Source: a virus. From it: a DNA stretch of 64,000 nucleotides. The position numbers and the translations under genes are program-made. Under the pieces are notes generated by a model that ran no database searches, had not been told where the DNA came from, and saw nothing but the letters and a program-made list of their open reading frames with translations. Where the stretch lies: the IMG/VR virus record IMGVR_UViG_3300050343_000255, positions 32,001 through 96,000 of that record. One strand, given 5' to 3'. This document shows, one piece after another, positions 1 through 10,455 of the stretch. Every line of letters starts with the position of its first letter. The stretch's first letter is position 1.

Positions 1-336
1 TTGAAAAACTTTCTAACACTGATTCTACTGATGCGACTTCAAACTGAAATGGAAGCAGTGCCTGTAACTCAACCTGAGCTGCGCACTGTTTTCGATCCTG
101 CAACATCTACTCCTGTTGATCACCTTGCTTATGACGCTGAGATTCAGTACAAACGCAAGCCACCAGCTGTACGGATGATTATGTGCAGTCGTCTCGACAG
201 AGTGAATGTTGGTGAGCCTGTCATGATTTCCTATCACATGGGCATGCGTTGCTATCAGCACTCTCGACATTTAGTAATATCGAATGAAGAGAATTGTATC
301 GGTGGGTTTTATTTCACTGATGGTACAGAAGCATGA
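1..336 (+). CDS. hypothetical protein (probably 5'-truncated by the window)
   Basis: Open frame from base 1; stop overlaps the next ATG (ATGA coupling). Confidence 0.5.
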   Translation: MKNFLTLILLMRLQTEMEAVPVTQPELRTVFDPATSTPVDHLAYDAEIQYKRKPPAVRMIMCSRLDRVNVGEPVMISYHMGMRCYQHSRHLVISNEENCIGGFYFTDGTEA

Positions 337-503
337 AAACTTTCATAGAAAGTTTCTTACTTGACTACATAGCAGACAATCCAGAATGTCCATTATCTGC
401 TGACGACATACCTGTTGTCACTGAATACATGTGGATGAATTTTGATTGTAGTGATATGTACTATCAGTTTGAACGCTTACTTTCTGCTTACTTTGCTAAA
501 TAA
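333..503 (+). CDS. small hypothetical protein (56 aa, MKTFIESFLLDYIADNPEC...)
   Basis: Read manually; ATGA overlap upstream and TAATG overlap downstream; below ORF-track cutoff. Confidence 0.6.
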   Translation: MKTFIESFLLDYIADNPECPLSADDIPVVTEYMWMNFDCSDMYYQFERLLSAYFAK

Positions 504-850
504 TGATGAAACAGTATCACCTCTATGTTTTTACCCAAGACGGGTGTGCTCCTTGCAATCGTCTCAAAGAGCACGTCAAAACTCTCACGAAAGACGAAGC
601 AGCTGAGCTTGACTTTGTGCCTCTTAAAGCACCCTCAGGCAGCCGTACGGCGCTGGCGGAGGAGTTATCGGTGGAACTGTCACCAACGCTCGTTGTCGTC
701 CACGAAGAGCTCTCGTGTCAGCTAGATGCTGATGGTGATGAAGACTGTGATTATGTCGAACAATCTGTTGAACGTTTTGTGGGTGCAAACTCAATTATTG
801 AGCACCTTCAAGCAACACTTGATGCATACACTTACGCACATCCTGAATGA
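503..850 (+). CDS. thioredoxin/glutaredoxin-like protein
   Basis: VFTQDGCAPC CxxC motif, SPTLVV cis-Pro motif; near the RNR genes. Confidence 0.75.
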   Translation: MMKQYHLYVFTQDGCAPCNRLKEHVKTLTKDEAAELDFVPLKAPSGSRTALAEELSVELSPTLVVVHEELSCQLDADGDEDCDYVEQSVERFVGANSIIEHLQATLDAYTYAHPE

Positions 851-1047
851 CACAAGACGAACGAGAAGAGTTTATATTTGATCTAGCCCATCATCACTTG
901 TCAAAAACATCTGATGCAGGCGTTCATGCTATGGCTGTTGACTATCTTTGTCAGACATTTTCAAAGCAGACGGATGAGCAGTTATATGAGATGGCACCAT
1001 CGAAATTACTAAAGAAAAATAAGTTACAGAAACCTAAGGGGTTTTGA
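847..1047 (+). CDS. hypothetical protein
   Basis: Translationally coupled ORF ending KPKGF. Confidence 0.55.
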   Translation: MTQDEREEFIFDLAHHHLSKTSDAGVHAMAVDYLCQTFSKQTDEQLYEMAPSKLLKKNKLQKPKGF

Positions 1048-1226
1048 TGCCACCAGAATCATATTTACTTTTAATTAGTGAGCTCAATGGATGTTCACAA
1101 CATTTACAAGAGCTAGGTCAGTCTGCTGACCGTGAAATTATTCAGTCAATGATCATTAAGTACAACAAACAATATTTCAAGGTTAAAAAAGCATATGAGC
1201 AAGAAAGCGAATGTAATCGAAGCTAA
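1044..1226 (+). CDS. hypothetical protein
   Basis: Coupled ORF in operon (ATG at 1047). Confidence 0.5.
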   Translation: MMPPESYLLLISELNGCSQHLQELGQSADREIIQSMIIKYNKQYFKVKKAYEQESECNRS

Positions 1227-1422
1227 AGGCACTATCTTCAAAGAAAGTGGCAATGGTTATTTCAATGTTGAACTAGATGAACCAGAAGATCATAAATGTC
1301 TTTGCCGTGCATCAGGTCGGTTAATCACACGTAAAATTCAATTGCTTGTAGGAGATAGAGTCACCGTTGAGTTGTCACCTTTTGATCTCTCACGTGGACG
1401 TATTACCCTACGAGAAAAGTAG
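1195..1422 (+). CDS. infA: translation initiation factor IF-1 homologue
   Basis: MSKKANVIEAKG..NGYFNVEL..SG..IQLLVGDRVTVELSPFDLSRGRIT matches the IF-1 S1/OB-fold signature. Confidence 0.85.
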   Translation: MSKKANVIEAKGTIFKESGNGYFNVELDEPEDHKCLCRASGRLITRKIQLLVGDRVTVELSPFDLSRGRITLREK

Positions 1423-1461
1423 ATTCACTATCTCAGTACAGTTAATAAACACTAGAATTAC

Positions 1462-1881
1462 ATGACACTAGGCGAACAAGCACGGTTATTCCGTGAAAAG
1501 TTTAATCAAGAATTGCTTGCTAATTTCTCAAGGTTTGGTTTTATTAAAAAACAACTTTGGGATATGCAAGTCGGTTTGATTAAAGAAGAAGCATCTGAAT
1601 TTCTTGTGGCAGCAAATGAATTGTTTGCTTCTCCACAAGAGAATGAACTAAGACAAGAAGTAGTTAAAGAACTATCTGACCTTGTATTTGTTTGTTATCA
1701 ATTTGCAGCTACTTACGATATTGATCTAGATGAAGCTATGGCTCGCGTCTTTGAATCAAATATGAGTAAGTTAGATGATACTGGTAATCCAATCTATCGA
1801 GAAGATGGCAAGGTCTTAAAAGGTCCTAACTACACCCCACCAGATCTTTCAACCTGCTTCCGACACTCCAAATCAAAATAA
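1462..1881 (+). CDS. MazG-like / PRA-PH family NTP pyrophosphohydrolase
   Basis: LIKEEASE...KELSDL...VFESNMSKL...GKVLKGPNY motifs. Confidence 0.85.
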   Translation: MTLGEQARLFREKFNQELLANFSRFGFIKKQLWDMQVGLIKEEASEFLVAANELFASPQENELRQEVVKELSDLVFVCYQFAATYDIDLDEAMARVFESNMSKLDDTGNPIYREDGKVLKGPNYTPPDLSTCFRHSKSK

Positions 1882-1886
1882 GAATC

Positions 1887-3308
1887 ATGGAAAAAAATCA
1901 AGTCATTGCTCGCACTGGTCGAGTACAAAATTGGATTGACGATCCTACAAGTCGCCTGCCCGTCAGCTGCACAGTTTTTGTGGTGGATGACAGCATGGAG
2001 GGACCTAACGGAATCGAGGCTAGCTGGCGCTACGTGAGTCACGGTTACGTTTTGGAGCAGGGGTTGCTGTACACCTATCCAATCTCCGTCCTGCAGGACA
2101 TGACAATGGCAAAGGACTAGTAAGTTCCGGGCCATGTTCGTTTGGCAAAATTTATAGTTGTCTGAACGAGCAGTTACGTAGAGGTGGTGTATACAAAAAC
2201 GGTGCCGTAGTGCTGCACCTCGATTTAAACCACAAGGATATTCTTGAGTTTGTCAATATGCCTAGGCATGAAATTCCTTGGGCAAAACGTTGCGTCAACT
2301 TGTCCAACGTAATGTGGGATATGGCAATCCCTGCAGTCAAGGATGCAATCATCAAAGGTATTGCTCGTGGTGACATTTGGCTAGCCAAGATTAGGCATGA
2401 TCAACACGGTGAAAGAATTTTCGCGAACGTTTGCCTTGAAGTCTTCCTGCGTAGCAGGGGTACTTGTCTCTTGGAGCACATAAATTTGGGTGCTTGTCGT
2501 GCTGAAGATTTACCTGCTGCATTTATTTGCGGCATGGAAGAACTAATTGATTTACATGGTAAAACTGGTGTTGAGAAAACTGGCGAGTATCTTTCTCAAG
2601 AAGAAGATCGCCAAGTCGGTTTGGGAATGCTTGGTCTCGCCAATTTGCTTGCGCTGGAAGGAGTTACGTATGCTCAATTCGGAGAAGCTTTAAACGAGCA
2701 TCTGTATCCCTTTAGGTGATTACATCGTGACTCCTGAAGCACGTAATATAGTTAAAGCACTTCAATTAGGAATTGATTCCGCTGCTGCTATTGCAAGTCG
2801 AGCCAATATGGATCGTTGCTTTGCTATTGCACCTACGGCGTCTTGTTCCTATCGCTACAAAGACAGAGCAGGCTATACAACTACCCCCGAACTTGCACCG
2901 CCAATCGGGCGTACAGTTGATAGGGACAGCTCTACATTCGGTGTCGAGACATTTGACTACGGTGATGTTGAAACAGCTGAATCTGTTGGGTGGGACACTT
3001 ACTACCGCGTAGTAAATGGCATCATGACAATGCTGTCAAACACTGGCCTCAACCATGGATATAGTTTCAACAGTTGGTCAGATGTAGTTCAATACGACGA
3101 TGCCTTCATTGAATCCTGGCTAAGTTCTCCGCAAACCTCTATGTATTATTCATTGCAGGTTATGCAGAACACTCAAGCAAAAGACGATGCTCTTGCTGCT
3201 TTAGATGGAAACTTCGGTGAGATGTTTGGATTCAATGATGATGATGCCGACGATGACATTTTAGATGTCTTTAACGACCCCGCATCCTGCGTAGGGTGCG
3301 CCGAGTAA
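1887..3308 (+). CDS. nrdA: ribonucleotide reductase alpha subunit (short cyanophage type; frameshifted near 2045 and 2710)
   Basis: RTGRVQ..LPVSCTVF, NVCLE active-site loop, TCLL, AIAPTASCS, C-terminal CVGCAE; split over three ORFs. Confidence 0.85.
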
Positions 3309-3326
3309 ACCTAATTATTTATACAA

Positions 3327-4058
3327 ATGAAAGCAGAAACTCCTTACATTCATCTTCATCAGCGCAAGCGTACCTGGACTCCAGTTCAAGTATCTGCTGG
3401 TCAACTATTGACTGGTGGTGAAGATGTAATTCAACGTGCACTTGCACTCCGTTGTCTTGAGATTCCAGTAGGTGACTTCATTAGCGATGCTATGAAAGGT
3501 GATCTTCCAGACGTCAAAGGCTGTAAGGAGCTACTTGCTTCTAACGTTGTCGATGAAGAAAATCATGATATTGCACTCAATTTCGCAGCTGCTGCGCATG
3601 GAGTCTCCCCTAAGTTTGAGAAAGAAGCTGCGCACATCTGTAAAACTTGGCTTGAATTGGATAGGCACCCTGTCCTTAAAGCCGTTGTATTGGAGAGATC
3701 CGTCTTCTTCGTTCTGCTACCGATCTTCCGATTCCTGGGAGATACAGGATTACGCACCACAAGCGCCGATATCTCACGGGACGAACAGACCCACGTCGCG
3801 GCTAACACACTCGTCTGTGAAGCGCTTGGACTTAAATCTGACAAGACCCTCAACAATCTCCGCCGCGCTACGGTCGCATGGTGCCTTCAGTCCCTCCAAG
3901 GGGAAGCTGATCACAAGCATCTCTCCAGCAACTTCTGGCTTGCGAGTTCAGATTCTCTATACACAAGAGGCAAAGCTGAAGGGTTAGCTGAGACACGAGC
4001 TAGCAGAATGCCAGCTTTCTTCGAGACTGCTAATCAAAACCTGCCTCAATACGCTTGA
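3327..4058 (+). CDS. nrdB: ribonucleotide reductase beta subunit (ferritin-like, short)
   Basis: Dimetal ligands LEIPV, DEENH, LERS, DEQTH; directly follows alpha. Confidence 0.8.
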   Translation: MKAETPYIHLHQRKRTWTPVQVSAGQLLTGGEDVIQRALALRCLEIPVGDFISDAMKGDLPDVKGCKELLASNVVDEENHDIALNFAAAAHGVSPKFEKEAAHICKTWLELDRHPVLKAVVLERSVFFVLLPIFRFLGDTGLRTTSADISRDEQTHVAANTLVCEALGLKSDKTLNNLRRATVAWCLQSLQGEADHKHLSSNFWLASSDSLYTRGKAEGLAETRASRMPAFFETANQNLPQYA

Positions 4059-4073
4059 TCTTCAAGCAATACT

Positions 4074-4358
4074 ATGGATACACAAATAACTTTTCTACCT
4101 ACAGATAAACTTAAAGTTCAAATACTAGAACAAGAAATTTGTCCAGCTACATTTAATGATAATGAACTTCCTACGGATGTGCATATTGTTACTTACACTG
4201 TTGCCGGAGAAACGTATTACGATGCTGTACGAGCTTATACAAAAGTAGATATCTTTGATGCTTACTACGATAAACTTAAGAGTATTGGAACCATAAAAGA
4301 CATTAAGTCTGGACTTGGTAAAATTAGACCTAACTTATATGGCAAAATCAAAAGCTAA
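4074..4358 (+). CDS. hypothetical protein
   Basis: ORF in operon. Confidence 0.6.
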   Translation: MDTQITFLPTDKLKVQILEQEICPATFNDNELPTDVHIVTYTVAGETYYDAVRAYTKVDIFDAYYDKLKSIGTIKDIKSGLGKIRPNLYGKIKS

Positions 4359-4467
4359 AACTAAAAGTGAACATATTGAAGAGCTGATCGCTCGTATTGA
4401 GGCCAAGGTTAATAAGCTTACTATTAAACAATTAAAACTACTTCACGCAAAACACTTTCCTAATTAA
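4339..4467 (+). CDS. small basic hypothetical protein (42 aa)
   Basis: MAKSKAKTKSEHIEELIARIEAK..., read manually; fills the gap before thyX. Confidence 0.45.
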   Translation: MAKSKAKTKSEHIEELIARIEAKVNKLTIKQLKLLHAKHFPN

Positions 4468-4469
4468 AA

Positions 4470-5102
4470 ATGCATTCAGCAAAACTCGTTTGGATTACAC
4501 CAAATGCAGAAGCTTTAATCGGTAAAATTGCTCGTGTATCTAATCCAAGCAACGAAGAGAACCCTGAGGTTGCCAAACTAATCAAGTACCTCATCAAGCA
4601 CAAACATTGGAGTCCATTTGAAATGGCTTCTATGTGTGTTCAAATTGATACTACAAGGGCTATCTCTCCTCAAATTCTGCGTCATCGGTCATTTACATTC
4701 CAAGAATTTAGTCAACGGTACGCAATTCCTACAGATACTTTTGCAACAGTGTTGCCAGAACTAAGGCGACAAGATTTTGATAATCGTCAAAACTCTATTG
4801 ATGACCTTGAAGGGGAAACACAAGAGTATTACCAGCAACGGATTGATGATCATTTCAGAGAGTCAGTCCGTTTGTATGAATCATTGCTGCATTCTGGTGT
4901 AGCTAAAGAATGTGCTCGCTCTGTACTACCAATCAATACTGTTACCAGGTTATATATGTCAGGCACTATTCGTAGCTGGCTTCATTACGTTGCTCTGCGT
5001 GGTGAAAACGGTACACAAAAAGAGCACATGTCAATTGCTCGCTCAGTTGGTGAAATACTAGATACTGAAGTTCCACAAATATCTCGCGCAATGTGGGGAT
5101 GA
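4470..5102 (+). CDS. thyX: FAD-dependent thymidylate synthase
   Basis: HWSPFE, RHRSFTFQEFSQRY ThyX motif, KECARSVLP, TQKEH. Confidence 0.95.
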   Translation: MHSAKLVWITPNAEALIGKIARVSNPSNEENPEVAKLIKYLIKHKHWSPFEMASMCVQIDTTRAISPQILRHRSFTFQEFSQRYAIPTDTFATVLPELRRQDFDNRQNSIDDLEGETQEYYQQRIDDHFRESVRLYESLLHSGVAKECARSVLPINTVTRLYMSGTIRSWLHYVALRGENGTQKEHMSIARSVGEILDTEVPQISRAMWG

Positions 5103-5138
5103 AGTCTAAGATGAAGACTGGAAAAACATACAGTCATA

Positions 5139-5798
5139 ATGAACTTTATCGCTGCAACGATTGAATTACGATCCTTCATTTCAGATCCAATCAATGCTTA
5201 TGGGCTTGACTATTGCGGGGCTAACGCTGTTGTGCCCGCTGGTAGTGGTGCTTCAGAGGTCCAGCTTCGAATTCTCTGCTACAACCGAGAAGGAGCCAAG
5301 CTATCTCTCTTCAAAGAATGGAAAGAAGGTACACGTGCATTGATCACAGGCAACATTGTCTTCTCAGATGATGTGACCAAACCTCTTGATCTCATCGTCA
5401 CAACGATTGAACCGTCAATCCCAGACAATGTGTATTGCAATCAAGTTGTACTTGGTAATGCATTCTTTGGATCAAATGAAATCAAAGATCGTAAGAACGA
5501 TCAAGTTGCTGTCAAAATTGGTACAACACTAGATAACTCAGAAATTGTTACATGGCTATTTCTTGAAACACATGAATCACGTCGCAAAAAACTTACAGAT
5601 CGAATCCGTAGCGGACGCCCTATCTGCGTTCAAGGCTATCTCCGCGAATATCGCAAAGACGGGAGTGACAGTCCTTATCGAGCTATCGTCGCTTCTGACT
5701 TCACTACTCGTAAGGATAAGGAGCGAACTCAACGGAATCCACAAACGAACGGTTCAGCGGCGGGTTACTCAGAGGTGGATCCGACGCCGGACTATTGA
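5139..5798 (+). CDS. putative ssDNA-binding protein (tandem OB folds)
   Basis: SSB-like pattern GRPICVQGYLRE..IVASDF, acidic tail EVDPTPDY; replication context. Confidence 0.5.
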   Translation: MNFIAATIELRSFISDPINAYGLDYCGANAVVPAGSGASEVQLRILCYNREGAKLSLFKEWKEGTRALITGNIVFSDDVTKPLDLIVTTIEPSIPDNVYCNQVVLGNAFFGSNEIKDRKNDQVAVKIGTTLDNSEIVTWLFLETHESRRKKLTDRIRSGRPICVQGYLREYRKDGSDSPYRAIVASDFTTRKDKERTQRNPQTNGSAAGYSEVDPTPDY

Positions 5799-5859
5799 TC
5801 GAAGCAAGCATCTCAAGTCAGGAAAACTTGGCTGGGATGCACCAGTTTATAAATAGCGT

Positions 5860-6129
5860 TTAGGCGTTTGGAGTGGGTCCACCCATCATTCCAAAATGCC
5901 CGAACGCTTTTTGAGCACCAAAAGCTTTTTCTAGCTCAGGAGACAAACCAAAATTATATGCCATTCCCTGGACTTTTCCTAATGATGGATAGTTATCTCC
6001 CACAACCATACCTGCAATACCACCTGACATATCTTTGCCTAACAAGCCAGGAATAACTCCTTGCGACATGTCTTTGCCAGTAATTGCACCAAGCAATCCA
6101 CCACTTAAAGCATCTGCAAATCGCATCAT
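5860..6129 (-). CDS. Gly-rich small protein, antisense to the replication operon
   Basis: Own TACAATAG -10 box at 6148-6155; composition like the 54-62 kb putative virion proteins. Confidence 0.55.
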   Translation of the reverse strand: MMRFADALSGGLLGAITGKDMSQGVIPGLLGKDMSGGIAGMVVGDNYPSLGKVQGMAYNFGLSPELEKAFGAQKAFGHFGMMGGPTPNA

Positions 6130-6189
6130 TAATTATCTCACATTTAACTATTGTAGTAACTATATTTGAAAGGTCGATATTAACTACAT

Positions 6190-6921
6190 ATGACCCTACA
6201 AGTATTGCCTCCTGAACTTCTAGAGGCACCTAAAGACAGAATTGAAACTAAAGAACCCCAACCATACTGGAAACCTAGCTCACTCAAAGATGGAGAAAGT
6301 GAAGAGTTCCGATTGCTCGGATGCTACGAAACAGGGCACGCCATCATGGGATGGCAATATGCATCCGAAGCACGAGGCAATGACGGTGAACTTAAGTTCA
6401 ACGGTTACGTTGTCACTCGTACTCACCCTGGTAGCCCTGACGACATTGCTCGTGAAACCGACTGGTCTAAGCCCGACCGACCAAAAATTGATGGCTCCTA
6501 CGTCAAGCCACGTCGGTTTTTAGCTTGGGTTGGTACTTCTGCTGCCCGCAGTCGTATGGAAGTTCTGTTCATCGAACAGAAATCCTTGCGTGACCAACTA
6601 ACTGAAATCTTGCAAGAGATTGAAGACTATACCTGGACTGATGAAGGCTTAGCTAATTTCTCAATCAAGATCACTCGCAAAGGTGCAGGTCTTGAAACCT
6701 CTTACAGCATTCTTCCTAAGGTTCGCAAAGTCCCTGAAAAGATTGCAAAAGAATGGGAAACAACACGAGATAGTATCTGGCTACCAAATTTCTTTGAAGG
6801 GAAAGATCCTTTTGAAGGAAAGCAAACTGATGAAAAAGGTATTCCAGCTGGTGGAGTAGATAAACGTGGAAGTACTGTGCTTCCAACAAAAGCAAAAACT
6901 AAAAAACAAGAAGAAATCTGA
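6190..6921 (+). CDS. putative ssDNA-binding/annealing protein
   Basis: LKDGES..FRLL and IKITRKGAGLETSY motifs resemble phage SSB families; next to the exonuclease. Confidence 0.5.
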   Translation: MTLQVLPPELLEAPKDRIETKEPQPYWKPSSLKDGESEEFRLLGCYETGHAIMGWQYASEARGNDGELKFNGYVVTRTHPGSPDDIARETDWSKPDRPKIDGSYVKPRRFLAWVGTSAARSRMEVLFIEQKSLRDQLTEILQEIEDYTWTDEGLANFSIKITRKGAGLETSYSILPKVRKVPEKIAKEWETTRDSIWLPNFFEGKDPFEGKQTDEKGIPAGGVDKRGSTVLPTKAKTKKQEEI

Positions 6922-6927
6922 ATTCTA

Positions 6928-7113
6928 ATGATCGAACTTAAAGTAGCTAAAAATGAATTGGGACTGTTTCAAGCTGATGCAGTTCTTACCTTGCCACCAT
7001 TGTGCATCTCATGCCAAAAAGCTGATCGAGATGATTTGGAGTATCAAATCCGAAATGATTTTCGTGAGCTAGTAGAAGAAATTGTACAAAAACAAATCAA
7101 AGACGAATTCTAA
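6928..7113 (+). CDS. hypothetical protein
   Basis: Coupled ORF. Confidence 0.55.
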   Translation: MIELKVAKNELGLFQADAVLTLPPLCISCQKADRDDLEYQIRNDFRELVEEIVQKQIKDEF

Positions 7114-7460
7114 TGACAAATTCAAATCTACAAAACCTGCCTCCTGAAATGCAGGCACGGTTAGCCGATATCCTTACACAAGCAAATGCTCTTGCTCCAA
7201 GCACTGCAGATAATACTGCTGTTAATAGTGTCGTACAAGCTAATCAAGTTCCTGCACGGGCTCCTTCCCTAATGGATCACACGATTGCTTTGCGCCAAGA
7301 AGTATCACAGCTGTCCCAACAAGTTTATGCAACTGGTCAAGTTGTAGAAGCAGTGGGTCAAGCTGTAGGAGAGTTATATCAACTCTTTCAAGCACAAACC
7401 GAAACTACAGATTACAGCTCAAATTATCAAACGCAACAAGGTGTAGATGGTGACTTCTGA
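7113..7460 (+). CDS. hypothetical coiled-coil protein
   Basis: Q/A-rich heptad pattern; coupled ORF. Confidence 0.6.
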   Translation: MTNSNLQNLPPEMQARLADILTQANALAPSTADNTAVNSVVQANQVPARAPSLMDHTIALRQEVSQLSQQVYATGQVVEAVGQAVGELYQLFQAQTETTDYSSNYQTQQGVDGDF

Positions 7461-8220
7461 TCTTCCATACAGAATACAAACTTCCGCCGGACATAGAAAG
7501 TATCTATGCTCCGGCATTTATATGCCGAGTGTAACTACGGTTCTCTCGGCTACTGAAAGCGAAAAGTCCAAAGCTGGTCTTCGCAACTGGCAAAAGAATA
7601 ATCCGGGTGCGCTAGAGGCAGCATCAACTCGCGGCTCGGCTATTCACTTAGGTTGTGAAAATTATCTCCGTGGTTTAGACCCAGGTGTTCCTGAAGATTA
7701 TCTAGATTTCTGGAATGGTATGTCTTCTTACCTTGATTGGTTTGATACAATTCATTGGTCGGAGCGTCCTTTACGTCCCGATTGGAACCATCTAAGAAGT
7801 GATGATAGAGAAGTCGCATTTGTTTGGAGTACGGAGCATAAATATGCTGGATGTCCTGACCTTATTGGTGAAATCGGTGGAGTACGAGTTATTGCTGACT
7901 TTAAAACTAGCAATGCTCCTTACTGCGCTTCTTTTCCTGATCGTGGAGATCGAATTGGATTCGGTGGTTACCGAAAATATACGAAGTGTGCGCAGCAAAT
8001 GGCTGCATACAGATATGCACTAAACGAAAGAACAGGTTTCCTTTGTGATGTTGCCCTAATTATTGTCTCAACACCTGAGACAACCCAAGGCATCTTCATT
8101 GATGGCGATCAACTTGCGTTGCACGAATCACGTTTCCTGAAACGTTGTCAACAATTCCATGAAATAGATAATGAAACTACGGATTGCAGTACACAAAAGT
8201 TGCAAGAACAAGCAGAGTAA
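7447..8220 (+). CDS. PD-(D/E)XK exonuclease
   Basis: PSVTTVL, RGSAIH, SER, AGCPDL, IADFKTS, QQMAAY motifs. Confidence 0.85.
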   Translation: MVTSDLPYRIQTSAGHRKYLCSGIYMPSVTTVLSATESEKSKAGLRNWQKNNPGALEAASTRGSAIHLGCENYLRGLDPGVPEDYLDFWNGMSSYLDWFDTIHWSERPLRPDWNHLRSDDREVAFVWSTEHKYAGCPDLIGEIGGVRVIADFKTSNAPYCASFPDRGDRIGFGGYRKYTKCAQQMAAYRYALNERTGFLCDVALIIVSTPETTQGIFIDGDQLALHESRFLKRCQQFHEIDNETTDCSTQKLQEQAE

Positions 8221-10417
8221 ACCTGCACGCGATTGGCAAAATATATTAGAAGATATTGATTGGTTACTAGGTTGGGTTCAAAACGGCTATGGATGGTGTG
8301 CCACACACTTCAAAGCTCGTCATCGCAAGGCTGATAACTCAGCTGGCTCCAACATGGTCGTCATTGACTTTGACGGAGACACAACCCTTGCCAGATTTTG
8401 GTCAAGTGATACTGCTCGTCAATGGTGTGTAGCGACTTATACATCAGCTAGTCATACAGAAAGTGAGCACAGGTTTAGAGCCTTGTTCCCGCTTGGCAAA
8501 GAGCTTCTATCTACTGCTGAGCACAAGGGTGCTTATTGGTTAATCGTCAATCGTTTACTTGCAGAGCTAGAGCTCACTGAGCTTGCTGATAACTGTGGGC
8601 AAAAACCTGAACGACTGTGGTTTGGTAATACCAATGCAGATATTCACAAGAATGCTGAGTATGAGCCTGTCCCAGAATTTCTCCTCAATGACATCGCATA
8701 TGACGAGTCTTCTAACTTTGTATCCTCGGATGTAACTGATATAGACATACAGCGTTGCCAATGGTTGCTAGAAAGCTTTCTGACACCGTCTGATGATGGT
8801 CAGTATGAAACTTACTATGTACCAGTCATGGCAGCTTGTGCAGGCATTGGTGAGCCTGTATTTGATGCTTGGGTTAACTGGGTATTAAAAGGCCATCACG
8901 GTGAAAAACCTGAAAATATACAACCATTTAAATGGCGAGGTCTCGGAAACTTTTCAGGTCCAACTACACTATATTCACTTGCTAAAAAGCAAGATGCAGA
9001 CTGGGCACACAAGCTGCCATCACATCTTAGGTTTGGTGCAGTAGGTGCAGCTGCGGGATATACAGAGTTTGATCCAGTACAAGATATTGATCAGATAGTC
9101 CAAGATCATTTACAAACAAGGAGTAGTAGCAAATCAATGAATAATTCAGATGAATCCATTGTTCCAGAACCTTTACCTGATTCAAACCAAGTCAAAAAGC
9201 GTGGTCGTCCCAAAAAGAATGACGATGACTTAGCCAAGCAACGTGAATCAGATGTTCAAAAGGTTAAAGAGATTCTTCTCAACCTACGAAAGAATGAACT
9301 CACAGGAGCGATTGAGTACACACAGCCAGGTGGTGAAGCTGTCTTTCTTCAAGGTCAAGACCTAGACCTTATGACTACCAAGCTTGCTTGTGAAAACGGT
9401 GTATTCATTCCTGAGCAGCGGATCAAGTCTGCAATTCAATATGCAGCAAATCAAAATAGGTATTGCCCGATCCGTACCTACTTAGATAAATGTGCTGATA
9501 CCGCTGAACCTCACCCTGACTGGGACAACATTGGTGAAATTTTCCTAGGCAACAAACACAACATCTCTACTACAGCAATGCAGCGCATGATGATTGGTGC
9601 TGTAGCTAGGGCATATGACCCAGGCTGCACCATGTCTTGGCTGCCAATCCTGGTAGGCCCTCAAGGTGCTGGTAAATCAATGTTCTCCAGAAGCCTTGTA
9701 CCTCCTGCACTGTTTTCTGAGATCACAACACCTTTAGATACGCTCATGCGTGAGCAATATCGATTGCACGTGGCATGGCTGCTAGAGCTACCAGAGATTG
9801 ATAACTACTTCAATACAAGAAACATTGAGAACTTCAAAAACCTTGTTACTACACGAGTAGATGAAGTGCGTTATCCATACGCATCTCTACCTAGCAAACT
9901 ACCTAGGCGCTTCGTATTTATTGGTACTACCAACCGAAATCAATTCTTGGTTGACAGCACAGGTAACCGTAGATTTGTTCCACTCGAACTTGGGGCTGGT
10001 TTCCAAATTCCATGGAAAGAGCTGTGCAATGTACGAGATAGTCTGTGGGCTGCTGCAGTAGCTGCATATCGCAATAATGAAGGCTATGAGTTTACAAGTG
10101 GTGAGATCGCTGCTATATATGAATACATCCAAGAGTTTGGTGATCCAGACCCTTGGTTAGATAAGATCGCATCCTATGTAGCTATCCGAGAGGAAGTAAC
10201 TGCAGCAGATGTTCTTACAAATGCTCTCGAATTAGATCCTCGTAATCAAGGTCGTAGAGAAGGCAGACGTGTAGCTGATGTTCTTCAATCAATGGGTTGG
10301 AGAAGACTAGTAACAAGCAGGAAAGATCCGGCAACGGGTAAGTCCAAGTCTGTACGTGTGTGGCAACGTCCTAAGAATGATCCTCTATTAGAAGATCACA
10401 TTCTTAATGACTTCTAA
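8171..10417 (+). CDS. primase-helicase (AEP/PrimPol N-terminus, PriCT-like region, VirE/VapE-type P-loop ATPase)
   Basis: VIDFD and TSASH AEP motifs; AT-hook KKRGRPKK; GPQGAGKS Walker A; GTTN...DSTGNRRF. Confidence 0.9.
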   Translation: MKLRIAVHKSCKNKQSKPARDWQNILEDIDWLLGWVQNGYGWCATHFKARHRKADNSAGSNMVVIDFDGDTTLARFWSSDTARQWCVATYTSASHTESEHRFRALFPLGKELLSTAEHKGAYWLIVNRLLAELELTELADNCGQKPERLWFGNTNADIHKNAEYEPVPEFLLNDIAYDESSNFVSSDVTDIDIQRCQWLLESFLTPSDDGQYETYYVPVMAACAGIGEPVFDAWVNWVLKGHHGEKPENIQPFKWRGLGNFSGPTTLYSLAKKQDADWAHKLPSHLRFGAVGAAAGYTEFDPVQDIDQIVQDHLQTRSSSKSMNNSDESIVPEPLPDSNQVKKRGRPKKNDDDLAKQRESDVQKVKEILLNLRKNELTGAIEYTQPGGEAVFLQGQDLDLMTTKLACENGVFIPEQRIKSAIQYAANQNRYCPIRTYLDKCADTAEPHPDWDNIGEIFLGNKHNISTTAMQRMMIGAVARAYDPGCTMSWLPILVGPQGAGKSMFSRSLVPPALFSEITTPLDTLMREQYRLHVAWLLELPEIDNYFNTRNIENFKNLVTTRVDEVRYPYASLPSKLPRRFVFIGTTNRNQFLVDSTGNRRFVPLELGAGFQIPWKELCNVRDSLWAAAVAAYRNNEGYEFTSGEIAAIYEYIQEFGDPDPWLDKIASYVAIREEVTAADVLTNALELDPRNQGRREGRRVADVLQSMGWRRLVTSRKDPATGKSKSVRVWQRPKNDPLLEDHILNDF

Positions 10418-10455
10418 CTACACTTTAATTAAGTAAATACATATTTTTAAGTTAA

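Noticed and set aside
1887-3308. Class II (B12-dependent) RNR
   Set aside because: An adjacent ferritin-like beta subunit indicates class I
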